NCBI GenBank assembly: GCA_951406725.2
Contig: OX597815.1
Span: 47,430,001-47,494,000 of the forward strand
Direction of reading: 5' to 3'
Length of the DNA stretch: 64,000 nucleotides
Source of the DNA: Octopus vulgaris
Taxonomy: Eukaryota
Shown: piece by piece, positions 13,604-25,165 of the stretch
Numbering within the stretch: the stretch's first letter is position 1
Layout of the letters: every line of letters begins with the position of its first letter
The notes under the pieces: model-generated
What the model was told of the DNA's origin: nothing
What the model saw: only the letters and a program-made list of their open reading frames with translations
The model's database searches: none
Position numbers and translations under genes: made by a program

Positions 13604-14390
13604 AAAGAGTTTATTATAGGCATGTATAAGATAAAATCTTATATAAAACACTACTAACAATTAGAAAAATGGAGTAGAGATGTTACAAGTTCAAATTAGA
13701 ATTTAATTTCCACATACGACCGTTTCGAATGATAATATCAACATGTAAGAAAACACATTAATTTTAATAATAATAATAATTTAAATAGTTATGTATAACC
13801 ATTCTCGTCAGTGCAAAAAATTAAAAGAAAACATCAAATAAGTTATTAACAAAAGAAAATTAGAAGGAAAAAACAAAGAGGCTATGTCGGAAAAACCGAC
13901 CGGATGTTTGTAAATAATTTGTAAAAGGGGAAAAAAAGGAAAAGATACAGGAACATGTTAATGTAGTTTCGAGTCTATCTCTGTAATAAATTATAACTGT
14001 TTTGGCCAAAGGATATTTTTAAAAGTAAGAAAAATCTGAGGCAAAAAAAGTGTAAAGAAAAGATCAACACACGTAACTGACATACGTAAATGCATGCTTT
14101 CTTACGTAAAAACAATATACACCTACACGAATATATATTTGAATACAAAGAAAATAATATAATAATAGTAAGTGTCTAGCGGGATATAATAGCTATATAT
14201 AAAAATTAATATAGTATATTAACAGTTATGGGTTGTAAGCAATGTAAAAAGCTTAAAATTTTGATAGAGAAAAATATATACTACCATTAGAAAAAACTTG
14301 TTGATAAATAATTCGTCATAAACAAGTATTTACTTAGAAATATATTTACGGGCCAGAGTTATAGTGGAGGGGAGATAATTCTAAATGTAT
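13601..14390 (+). mobile_element. Decayed Penelope-like element: inverted pseudo-LTR followed by GIY-YIG-region relic
   Basis: Starts at a (TA)n tract. Plus-strand fragments NYNC, TYVNA, HEYIF, NSKCLAGY, SYI*KL, C..L...EK, RHK.KYLLRN follow the order of Penelope endonuclease C-terminal motifs. Hammerhead on the minus strand. Confidence 0.55.
13707..13819 (-). ncRNA. Type-I hammerhead ribozyme motif
   Basis: Minus strand: TTTTGCA-CTGACGA-GAATGGT...ATCATTC-GAAAC-GGTC-GTA-TGTGGAAA. Core intact; stem II 7 bp; stem I uses G-U pairs. Confidence 0.75.
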
Positions 14391-14399
14391 AAATGTATA

Positions 14400-15262
14400 T
14401 CTTTTATATTTTATGTCTCAATTAATTAGACTGCAGCCTTGCTGGGGCACCGCCTTGAAAAATTTTAGTCGAACGAATCAGCCCCTACGAATTTTTAAGC
14501 CTGTTACACATTCCATCTGTCTCTTTATGTTTACAGGGACGTAAACACACCAACACCAGTTGTCAAGCGGTGGTGGGTGGCGACAAACACAAAGACAACA
14601 TATATATACATGTATACGACGGGCTTCTTTCAGTTTCTTTTCTATCAAACTCACTCATAAGGATTTGCTAGGCCATGGCTATAGTAAAAGATACTTGCTC
14701 AAGATGTCACACAGTGGGACTAAACTCCGAATCATATAGTTGGCAAGTAAACTTTTACGATATATATATATTTATATGTGTGTGTGTGTGTGTGTGTATA
14801 CATATATATATACACACACACACATTCTTTTACTCTCTTACTTGTTTCAGTCATTTGACTGCGGCCATGCTGGAGCACTGCCTTGAATGGTTTTAATCGA
14901 ACAAATCAACCCCAGGACATAGCTTTCTTTGAGCCTAGTACTTCTTTTGTCGGTTTTCTTTTGCCGAAACGCAAAGTTATGGGGATGTGAAGACACCAAC
15001 ACAGGTTGTCAAGCGGTGAGGGAGGGGAATAAAGACAGACGGAAAGACACACATACACACAAGCATATAAATACATATGTATGTATATATGTGTATTTGT
15101 CAGTATGTATGCATACGGCGGGCTTCTTTCAGTTTTCGTCTACCAAATCCACTCACAATACTTTGGTCGTCCCAAGGCTATAGTGGTAAACACTATCCAA
15201 GGTGACACGCAGTGGGACTGAACTCGGAACCATGTGATTGGGAAGTAAGTTTCTTACCACGC
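14400..15262 (-). mobile_element. Two adjacent CORE-type SINEs (family C)
   Basis: On the minus strand: box B-like GTT(C/T)AGTCCC, CORE-like CTTG(A/G)..AGT.T, internal microsatellite, GACTGAAACAAGTAAGAG tail. Confidence 0.8.
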
Positions 15263-15272
15263 CCTACATCTT

Positions 15273-15445
15273 TAGCCACTACACACATTTTTTTCTCTCT
15301 TTGTTTTTTCTGTGTCCCTTTCTGTAGCAGAGCTTAGGCTCGAAACGTAAAAGACTTTTTCTATTCCTGAGCGTTATACTAATACATCTGTTTGTTTTGT
15401 ACACCACATGTCTTCGTCTTTTGTTTTTTTTTCGTAAACTCTCCC
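15273..15445 (+). mobile_element. Penelope-type terminal module with variant hammerhead (15318-15353)
   Basis: CTTT-CTGTAGCA-GAGC-TTAG-GCTC-GAAACGTA-AAAG. Ends CTCCC|(TA)n. Homologous to 58194-58347. Confidence 0.6.
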
Positions 15446-15479
15446 TATATATATATATACACATACATTCATAAAATGG

Positions 15480-16751
15480 GGGCTTCTGGAAAATTGAGTT
15501 AATGATTGTTTCGAATCCTGAATGAAACCAAGACACTTCTGTTCGTTAGTTACATATGTATCCTTGTTCTGCCTAAGAAATCGATATGTTCAGTAATGCA
15601 AGCTATTAATCTAGTGCATTACACCACATTAATATATTTCATTAATAAATACATTACTATCTCTTGATAAAGTTAACGACAATTCAATGGTATGATCGAT
15701 GTCATCTGTTTTTGGAGTTTATTAGTGAAGTTAATATGACTTTCCTTGTACAGGTGAATCTCTTTTATAGTTTCGAAATCTAAGACGTCTTATCAGTTTC
15801 TTGGTTGTGGCCATTCCACTTATATGAAACTCAATTTAATCTTCTGGTTTAAATAACATTACCATACGCATAATTTCTTAGCTATAAATCTAATGTAACT
15901 AATCAACCTGTCTCAATGAATCTTTCTTCGCCTACGTATACTGGTTGTAGTTATTATTCTACAGGCGGAGAATGATATAACTAAACCTGCCCAAATGTTA
16001 TGCATATCTCTGCTGTCAATCTTTCGTAAAGTGATGTGAAATCGTTATATACGAAAGACTGTGCATCTCCTGAACGCCAAAACAATCTTTTCGTGTATTT
16101 AAATATATTATGTTATTATACATGAAGTCAAAATTGATACATAACTCTGTATGGAATATTCATTAGTTTGGAGATGACTTTTTGACATCATCACATCTTT
16201 TTACATTGTTCATGAGATTCTAAGACGATAGAAAAATAATTTCTGTATCGATACGCAATATTGAATCTTCGCAAAGAGAGACGTATTATTATGCCCTACA
16301 ATGTGACATTCTGGATCGCTGGTTTTTATACTCAATATGCATGTTAAACATAGTAAACATAGTAAAAACGAACCGAACAAACCTTTGGTCAAAAGCACTC
16401 CAGTTGTGACCATCCTGTCTTTTTACAGGCACAGATCTGTATATTATTTTAATGGGATTTTTTTTGAGACGATAGCGGATAATATTAAAAGGTTTGAATA
16501 TTGTTTCTTGCAGGCTGAGCGATAATGTATTAGCTCCTTCTTTGGATTGATATTCTGGGTTTTATTCTTTCATTTGTTTCAGTCATTTGACTGCAGCCAG
16601 GCTGGAGCACAGCATTTAGTCGAACAAACCGACCACAGGACTTATTCTTTATATGCCTAGTAGTTATTCTACCGGTATCTTTTGCCGAACCGCTAGATTA
16701 TGGGGACGTAAACACACCAGCATCGGGGGACAAACACATACACACAAATAT

Positions 16752-16786
<35 letters not shown>

Positions 16787-17940
16787 GACAGGCTTCTTTC
16801 AGCTTCCACCTACCAAGTCCACTCACAAGGCTTTGGCCGACCCGAGGCTATAGTAGAAGATACTTGCCCATGGTGTCACACGGTGGGACTGAAGCTGAAG
16901 CCATGTGGCTGGTAAGCAAGTATTTCGAACCAAGTATTTCAGTACCAGTGAAATACTTGGTACGAAGTAACAAGCTGTTTCTTCACTTTTAAACGTCTTG
17001 CTTTGTGCCTTCATTCGAAATTATTTTAAACTTTAACATTTATTTGTAAAATACTTCGTTAGTCCCTTTATTGATGTAAAAAGAAAAAAAAAACATCCAC
17101 AAAAGTGTTTGAATTTTAAAAATGTTATGTTATCTTAATGTTCTGAGCTCAAATCCTGCTGAGGGTAACTTTGAGCTTCCTCTTTTCGGGGTTGATAAAA
17201 TAATTTATCACTTAAGTACTGGAGTCGATGTAATCGACTTATCTCTTCCACTAAAACTACTAGCCTTGTACTAAAATAGGAAGTGACATTTATAGAGCAT
17301 TGTTAATATTGCTAATATATTATTGAAATTACTAATATGCGAATAATATTATCAATAATATTAATAACATGGCTCTAGGATGTAATTATGTCCGTACTCA
17401 AGATAACATCGAGTTGCATCAAATCTGAACTTTTACTTTAATGAATTAAAGTTGAGTAGCCGCATATGGAGATTAGCTTTGATACGTTACTGTATTTCCA
17501 AGTATATTTGGTGGGAGACAGTGTAAAATATCTTGATAAAATCTGATACATTGTTTTAGAATTTACACTTCAGTGTTAGCATGGCCAATATGTTTATTGG
17601 CGAAAGTCCGCTTCTATATAATAGATGTTAATGCTTTTATTGTGTAGTCTTGTTTAGACTGAATTTATTCGTCCAGGCCAGAGTTATTAATGTATTTACA
17701 CGCGGAAGTATTAGCAATGTAAATGTATGGTGTTATTATTATATTCCGTGGTTGTCTTAGGTACTATCAGAATGGGTGCCTTTGGTGCTATCTCAGATTT
17801 GTATTCCATTCATTCAAATTTCTAATTAAACCCCTTTCTTTCGACTGCATTGATAATCGATTTGTTACCTTTTGTGTGACAACAGCCATTAAAGATACGC
17901 AGCAAACCTATTGTGACTTAGAAACAAATGAACAACATTA
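15480..17940 (-). pseudogene. Heavily decayed L1/Tx1-type ORF2 (endonuclease to RT N-terminus), interrupted by SINEs
   Basis: Ordered minus-strand motif relics: DNHG, IANT, IEADF (GGDFN), KYTW, TDH (SDH), FTSLY, TRLI, EQGY, GFE (AFD). Confidence 0.4.
16560..16922 (-). mobile_element. CORE-type SINE (family C)
   Basis: Collinear with 43856-44225. Confidence 0.85.
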
Positions 17941-18492
17941 ATAACTGACATTTTAAACTGCACCCTGACATCGAATAATTACCTGCCGCCCTCTCTTCTG
18001 ATTATTGTTCATGGGATGCCAATCTGATATTTTATGTGTCTGAATGGTAAGGTTCTCTTGTAAATCACACAATTCAAAGTTCAATCTCACTAGGTTGCTT
18101 CATGGGTAACTCTATATTCTATCTATACCTTGTCAGTGAGATTAAGTAGACAGAAATGCTAAAAAGGTCATGGAATGTACCTACAAACGAAATGTCCAGT
18201 CTTGTCAGAGCGTGTTTAGTTTATTCCGCTTGAGAAGTACGTTAGGAGTACACAATTCAGTAAAATACTGAACCATTTACACGGTAGTTTATTGAGCTCG
18301 GAAAATCTGATCATTTAAGATGGGTTTAACGATTAGGTTATATACTATAGAACGGTTGTAAGGTATATTGCAGTCAAGGATTACGACGGTGTGTATGTGT
18401 TCTCTTTCTTTTTTTAATTTAGAACAAATTTAAACCGGCCATCTACTTGATAGTAATGTTGTATGTATGTATCTGTGAGTGGTTGCAATATA

Positions 18493-18835
18493 TATTTCTT
18501 TACTACCCACAAGGGGTTAAACACAGAGAGGACAAACAAGGACAGACAAACGGATTAAGTCAATTACATCGACCCCAGTGCGCAACTGGTACTTAATTTA
18601 TCGACCCCGAAAAGATGAAAGGCAAAGTTGACCTCGGCAGAATTTGAACTCAGAACGTAACGGCAGACGAAATACGGCCACGCATTTCACCCGGCGTGCT
18701 AACGTTTCTTATTTCTTTATTACCCACAAGGGGCTAAACATAGAGGGGACAAACAAGAACTCACAACGTAACTTCAGACGAAATACTGCTAAGCATTTCG
18801 CCCGACGTGCTAACGTTTCTGCCAGCTCGCCGCCT
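18493..18835 (-). mobile_element. Family-B SINE (Tx1 tail), composite with internal duplication
   Basis: 17-bp TSD TGAGTGGTTGCAATATA at 18476-18492 and 18836-18852. Confidence 0.9.
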
Positions 18836-19303
18836 TGAGTGGTTGCAATATAGCTTTTGTTGCAGCTGTATTAAGGATAATATATTATATTTTTGTCCTG
18901 AGAATGAGTGCTTGAAAATATTTTGATTGTATCCTACTGATGTAATCAAATGTGCTCATATGGAAAATCTATGTGTATGCAGTGATAAAAAAAACAAGTT
19001 TGAAATGTATGAATTTCTCTCATAATGTCCACAATTAATGAACTTGCCTCAAACAATAAATTTTTCTTAATCAATGATATCATAGAATTTAAATAATATG
19101 ATATTTAATATGAAATATAATAATAAGATTTTCGACAGCAAAGTCATTAATTTACATATTAAAGAAACAATCACAGATTAACAATTACCATGAGATTCTC
19201 GAATGTCAATAATTTATTACTTCATTTACATATTGCAGCCCACTCATAATAAAAACGCCGTGTCTCTCCATACATGCAATAACGGTTTCAATACTAGTTT
19301 ACA

Positions 19304-20848
19304 AATTTCGTCGAGCATTCTGGTGGGCTGAGGTTTGATTGTTGTTTGAAGTTGCTGCTGTTTGAATTGTTGGTTGTTTTGTGCTGCTTTGCAGCAGTTT
19401 TCTTGTGCTTTCTCTCGATTTTTTCGAAAGATAGCCATGGCAAAAAGGATGTTTTGATCGGACCTTGGTGGTTCCGAGTTGTCCTCTTCGGAGGAGGAGC
19501 TGGTACTCGCTGTCGATGGGATAGATAGGTGCCTGGGGATGGGAAAGGGGAGGTGGTCCTTTCAAATGTTGAAGGATGTGAGGAGGTGGTATGTGGAGTG
19601 GGTAGTGACGTTGAGCTGTCACCGCCACAGAAGATAGTGGACTGGAAGACTGTGGTATACAGGGTGTACTCGATGGAGGAGGGGAAGGTGGAACATGTAG
19701 AAGTTGAAATTATGGAAAGGGCGTTGTGCTCGGTCTGGTGGGACATAGCTTAACTGACCGGAGGAGGTGAATTCGGAGCTATTTTAGTTCATTTCAGGAC
19801 GGATGTTAGGGCAAGGGAGCTCGCAATGGACACGGTAAAATCGGGCAAGATAGTCCTTCTACCCACTTGTTTGGAAGAGGGACTTCCGAGATTGGGGTAG
19901 AGGGAGTACCACCGGAGGTAGATGTGGCTTGGGCCGCGTCGGCTGTTCTTCTGGGAGGTGGGGAAGAAGTGGCCATCCTCCAGGCCACAGGGGCGGTGGA
20001 CTTGATTTGGATGCGCCAAGCAGTGGATCTGGTTGTGCAGGCCGCGGTGGAAGCACTGGATTGTTTGGTAGAAGCGGTATCAGTCGGAGATGTAGTGTTG
20101 AAAGTGTGGGTGGAGGGCAGGACTCCTCACTGTTTTAAATGTGGCCAAGAAAGCCACATTAAAGCACACTGTCCTCTGCAGAAGCAGACTTCAGAAAGGA
20201 TGGACGAGAGGCCGGAAAAGAAGCAAGAAGAGGAAAAGGAAAGAGAGGAAGCATGGATAATTGCAGAAGAAAGAAGGAAAAAGAGGAAGAAAGAACAGAG
20301 TGAGTTGGAACCCCAAACCTTACCCACCCCACCCATACAATCTCAGACCCACATACATCCCCCCTACTCAGTTCAAAAAGAAATGCAATTACAACAAAGT
20401 ACAAAGAATTCCCCTCCCCGTGAAGTAAATTACGTTTGTATATTGACGAACAAAGAGAATAAGGAACTAATTCGGAAAGTAACAGATTGGAAGACGGCAA
20501 AATTTGTCGATACAAAAGGATATACGAACACAATAGGGTGGCACATGTGTGTGCTAGTTTCAGAAAAGCAGATAGAAGAAGTGAGGAAATAGAAAAAAAG
20601 GTTATAAGTTCTGGAAAATCAATACAGACGCTAAAAGGATACCAGACAGCATAGGGTATGAACAACTATTAGAGGAATTTGTTGTATATGTAGTAAAAGG
20701 ATTCCCAAGGAAGTGATGCTGCTTGAGGTGGTGCAAGCAGCACATTTTCATTATCATTTTCATGTTATCATTCATCTTATTATACGTTTAATTTTATTTT
20801 ATGTTGTCCCTTCTGTGTGGGCCTCTTGTGGGCAATAAAGAAAGAAAC
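19304..20848 (+). mobile_element. Non-autonomous Tx1-clade element carrying only a disrupted ORF1
   Basis: Zinc knuckle CFKCGQESHIKAHC. ORF1 homologous to 32500-33200. 3' stem-loop plus AATAAAGAAAGAAAC. 23-bp TSD AACGGTTTCAATACTAGTTTACA at 19281-19303 and 21100-21122. Confidence 0.8.
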
Positions 20849-20863
20849 AACGATTTCAATACT

Positions 20864-21095
20864 TATTTCTTTACTACCCACAAGGGGCTAAACACAGAGG
20901 GGACAAACAAGAACAGACAAGCGGATTAAGTCGATTACATCAACCACAGTGCGTAACTGGTACTTAATTTATCGACCCCGAAAGGATGAAAGGCAAAGTC
21001 GACCTCGGCAGAATTTGAACTCAGAACGTAACGACCGACGAAATACCGCAAAGCATTTCGCCCGGTGTGCTAACGTTTCTACCAGCTCGCCGCCT
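20864..21095 (-). mobile_element. Full-length family-B SINE (Tx1 tail)
   Basis: Complete head, body and tail. 15-bp TSD AACG(A/G)TTTCAATACT. Confidence 0.9.
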
Positions 21096-21189
21096 TATGA
21101 ACGGTTTCAATACTAGTTTACAGTTTGCTTCCCAATTTCAAATTGGAATATATTTCCTTAATTTTATAATTTTTAAGGTTATCTATACT

Positions 21190-21382
21190 GCTACCTTAAT
21201 ATACTACGAAATATATCAAACGCTCTTATAAACAATTGCTGTGTTCTACTGTGTTAGCAGTACTACTGAATCTTTTGTTAAGTAAAGATAACATTAGCAA
21301 GGGATTTAATAGCACTGCTAACACAGTAGAACATATTAGCTTATAAAAGTGTTTAATATACTTTGTAGCATATTGTGGTTGC
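21190..21382. repeat. Imperfect palindrome with about 90-bp arms; half-copy at about 63163-63277
   Basis: TGTTCTACTGTGTTAGCAGT / ACTGCTAACACAGTAGAACA core with a 12-nt loop. Confidence 0.8.
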
Positions 21383-23681
21383 ATAACGAAATGTAGTGTA
21401 CCTACAAGTCATTAATGCTTACTTTTAGTGTTCGTGTAGTAAGTTACGAACATCTTGCAGTCTCTCGATTTCCTATAATTCAATCCGCTTCATGGTCGCA
21501 GCAGACACAATGGAAAAGGCATAGTCCCAGGGGATGACGAGGGAGATGTACTGGAACAGCCACTCTGACTCACGGGGCTAGCACTTGCGGATAAAAATCT
21601 CCGCCCCGACAACAGTGAGCAGGGACATAGTCCGGGGGCCGAGAACGCTACAAGTCTCCACTGCTACTTTTCAATTCAAGATTAAGGTGTGAAAAATGAG
21701 AAAATGATTCCTGTAACTTCAAAGTATTTATCGACCAAAAGTGATGAAATGTAAAGCTAGCTTAGGCAGGATTGGAACTGAGGAACGTAGAGAGCCGGAT
21801 AAAATAGTGTAAGACGCTATAACAGCTGCTAATTCACCACCTTCTTGTTGAATCGTCACCAGTTTTGCCATGTTAAAAGATTTTTGTTTACTCTTTATTC
21901 ATAAAAGTTGTGTTTTTAGCATCTTTCCCTAAATATACGGGAACTGGAAAAATCCGGGTGAAATGCCGAGATCAAATTACGCCGAGGTTGTCTTTGCCTT
22001 TCATCCTTTCGGGGTCGATAAAATAAGTACCATTTGAGTACTGAAATTGAGTAATTGACTCTAGTGTCTCTCCCGAAATTGCTGGCATTGTGCCAAAGTT
22101 TAGAATCAATATTTTACACGTAAAGAACCTGACAAATTTATCAATATTCAAGCTTGGTTTATTTTGTAGTCAATTTTTTTTTTTTAGTCTCATTCCAAAC
22201 CACTGAACATTAAAAAAATATTTACTTGTTCTTAGTGAATCTGAGGGCAATCTGGAAACAAATTAATTGTGCTGTTATTGATTTCTGATATAGACTCAAT
22301 GATTCAAATTTGTAGAAAGTGTATAATCAACGAGATTAAACTTAACAGTAATAGTTGATTCTATTGGACCTAGAAAAATTAAAGTTCGCCTTGGCAAGAT
22401 TTGAACTTAGAATGTAAAAAGCTATTAACTAATTTATACAAGATATTTCGGTTGATGATTTGCGAATCTATTGACCGTAGTTTAATAAATGATCACAGTT
22501 GCTCTCCAACACAGGCAGAAAGACAAAACTTCTGGTGGAGGCATGGAATGTAAATAACTCAAATATTTTTGATGATATTTCTTTGACCCTAGGATTTAAA
22601 CTTAGACTGTAAATAACTGTAACTAAATATTGGTTTCAAATTTTGGCACAAGGTCAGCAATTTCAGAGGAAGGACTAAGTTAATTACCCCCCCCAGCCAC
22701 CTCAGTCCTCAAGTGAAAGAAGGAAAGGCAACGTAAACCTCACCGGAATTTGAACTTGGAATGTAAAGTCGGACGAAATGTTAAGCGTTCTGCCAGCCCA
22801 TTGTCTTACCGACACTAAATATTTCCAGGGTGATACTGTAATAATTTTACCGATCAGTGAGCTAAGATTGTTTCTAATCTCGGTATGAAGCTAGAAAATT
22901 TGAACTCTGAATGTAAAGAGCTGGAGAAAATAGCATTAGACATTTTTCCGAACGTTTCAACAATTTTCCCAGCTCGCCACCTTTAGATTTGTTGAAACTG
23001 AAAAGTAGTTCAATGATCCTATCTTTATTTCATTTAATTGGCCACAAGGGCCTTACTTCAATGATCCTATCTTAATATATCTCGAGTTATCTTCGTGTAT
23101 ATAAAATTATATATCTGTGAAATCTCTATGCATTTTTGTTTTCATTTAACAATCAAATGAATTGGTCGATTATTTATCATTATTTTTTAATTTTATTTTT
23201 GTTAGTTTTTCTGCTTGACTATATATTTCTCTTTCTTTACGCACAAATTTATCATATTTAATTCAAGTTAGCAGCGGTACCTAGCCTTACCAAGCTTTAT
23301 ACATACACTGATTTCAAATTTGGTACAAGGCCAGCAATTTCTGGGGAGGAGGTAAGTCACTTACATCGATACAACTAGTATTGAATTGGCACTTAATTTA
23401 TCGACCCCCAAAGAGATGAATCGCAAAGTCTATCCCGGCAGCATTCGAATTTAGAACGTAAAATCGAAAGAAATGCCGCTATGCATTTTCCCGGTGCAGT
23501 AAAGATTCAGCTGGCTCACCATCTTCCTTCACTTTTACATATATTAAGACAGCAAAAATTCGTAAAAATCTTTCACTTTTGTGTAACTAAAAGAATTCTG
23601 CTGTTGCTATTGTTTAGGTGCAGGTCTACTTTGATCAAGCAGATATAGGATAAAAGGCCTTCCTTCCGTGACCACGTAGAT

Positions 23682-24629
23682 CAGCGTTTCTTAAACTTTT
23701 TTCATTCATGACCTGATTTTTATCACGACTCCAGGTATTAAATATGAAATAAAACATACAATACATAAAACATTTTTTTTTTTTTTTTTGCTGAACAATA
23801 TACATATAAAAAAAGTAATGGATCTTTTCGGTTTGAACGGCAGTTTTTTCTAGCGGCGTCATATGAAATTGTCACCCATAATTATGACCCTAGTATCGAT
23901 CTATTGCATTTCAATCTGTTTTAGGTTTAGGGTCAGGGTTAGGGGTGTGGGGAAGGGTATCTTTTTTTCTTCAGAAATGTAAATAAACCCAATCTGTTTC
24001 TTAAACGAGGGACATACTCATACGGCACAGAATGTTTTCACCTCAATAGACGTCATTGATTGGTTGAAATTGCAGAAATTGAAGGAAAAAAACAACAAAT
24101 ATCTTACAAACGATAGAATTTTCTCAATAAAGCCAAGAGAAAAAGATGTTTTATAAACACATTCTACCCGTATACGAAGTTTAAAATTTTTTAGTTACGT
24201 GGAAATTATTTTAAAAAACTGCCGTTCAAACCGAAAAGATCCAAAAGTAGTTCTAGGATTTGTTTCAAGTACAAAAATAAACCAAAGAAATGTTTCAAGT
24301 ACAAAAGTAAAAAATAAAACAAACAAAATTAAAAATAAATGTGACGGATGTGCTTGCTTTTTGCTGCATGACAAATTAAACCTTGGTTTAATACTTGACA
24401 CTGCTGGACGTAAGCATCTTCTACGATTTTCAGCATTGAACGATATTTGGCTTTAATAAGTGTTAAAGCTGAAAAAGTCGTTTCACATAGGTATTTGGTG
24501 CTAAATGACAAAAGAACATGCAATAAAATTTCAGAAATAACATATAAACTGAAATTTGTGAAATAAGATATAAACTGAAATTTAAGTATTTGAATTTAAT
24601 TTTCGCGACCCATAGTTTAAGAAGCGCTG
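23682..24629 (-). mobile_element. hAT (Buster/Charlie-type) deletion derivative
   Basis: TIR CAGCG(T/C)TTCTTAAACT. 8-bp TSD ACGTAGAT/ATGTTGAT. LLSFSTKYLCETTFSALTLIK matches the hAT dimerisation motif. Confidence 0.85.
23820..24242. mobile_element. MITE, probably Merlin-like, nested in the hAT element
   Basis: Perfect TIR GGATCTTTTCGGTTTGAACGGCAGTTTTTT, 9-bp TSD AAAAGTA(A/G)T, internal TTAGGG-like repeats. Confidence 0.8.
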
Positions 24630-24974
24630 ATGTTGATGACAGACGTAGAAAATGTGAATTGTGTGGAATGTTGGTGTAATACGATCATATATTAAGTACG
24701 ACTACATGGGATGTTATTATATTAGCTTCATATTTTGAGGGAGGGGATAAGTCGATTACATCGACCCCACTAGTCAACTGCTACTTATCTTATCGACCCC
24801 GAAAGTATGAAAAGCAAAGTTGACTTCGGCGGAATTTGAACTCAGAAAGACGGATGAAATGTCGCTGAGCATTTTTCTCGGAGTGCTTAGCGATTCTGCC
24901 AACTCACCACCTGTGTGGTGTTGATTGGGTGATGATGATGTTGATTGGGTGATGATTGTGTGGAGATTTTGTTG

Positions 24975-25165
24975 TGTGGGTTGTATTATGTTATTTGGTG
25001 GTCATTGTGAGCTGATTGTAAAGAGTATGTAGTGTTATATTGATTGATAACAATTTTGTTGAGCTGCGATTCATGACGTCACATAAGTTATCTAGCAGTA
25101 ATCCTTACCTAAGCTTTGTTGATCCACAGCAAGTTTCATGAGACCAATGAAGTTACTATTCTTGT
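24975..25165. repeat. Old dispersed repeat with a second copy at about 27510-27680
   Basis: Shared TGATTGTAAAGAGTATGT..GTGTTATATTG..CTTTGTTG.TCCA..GCAAG.TTCAT. Confidence 0.7.
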
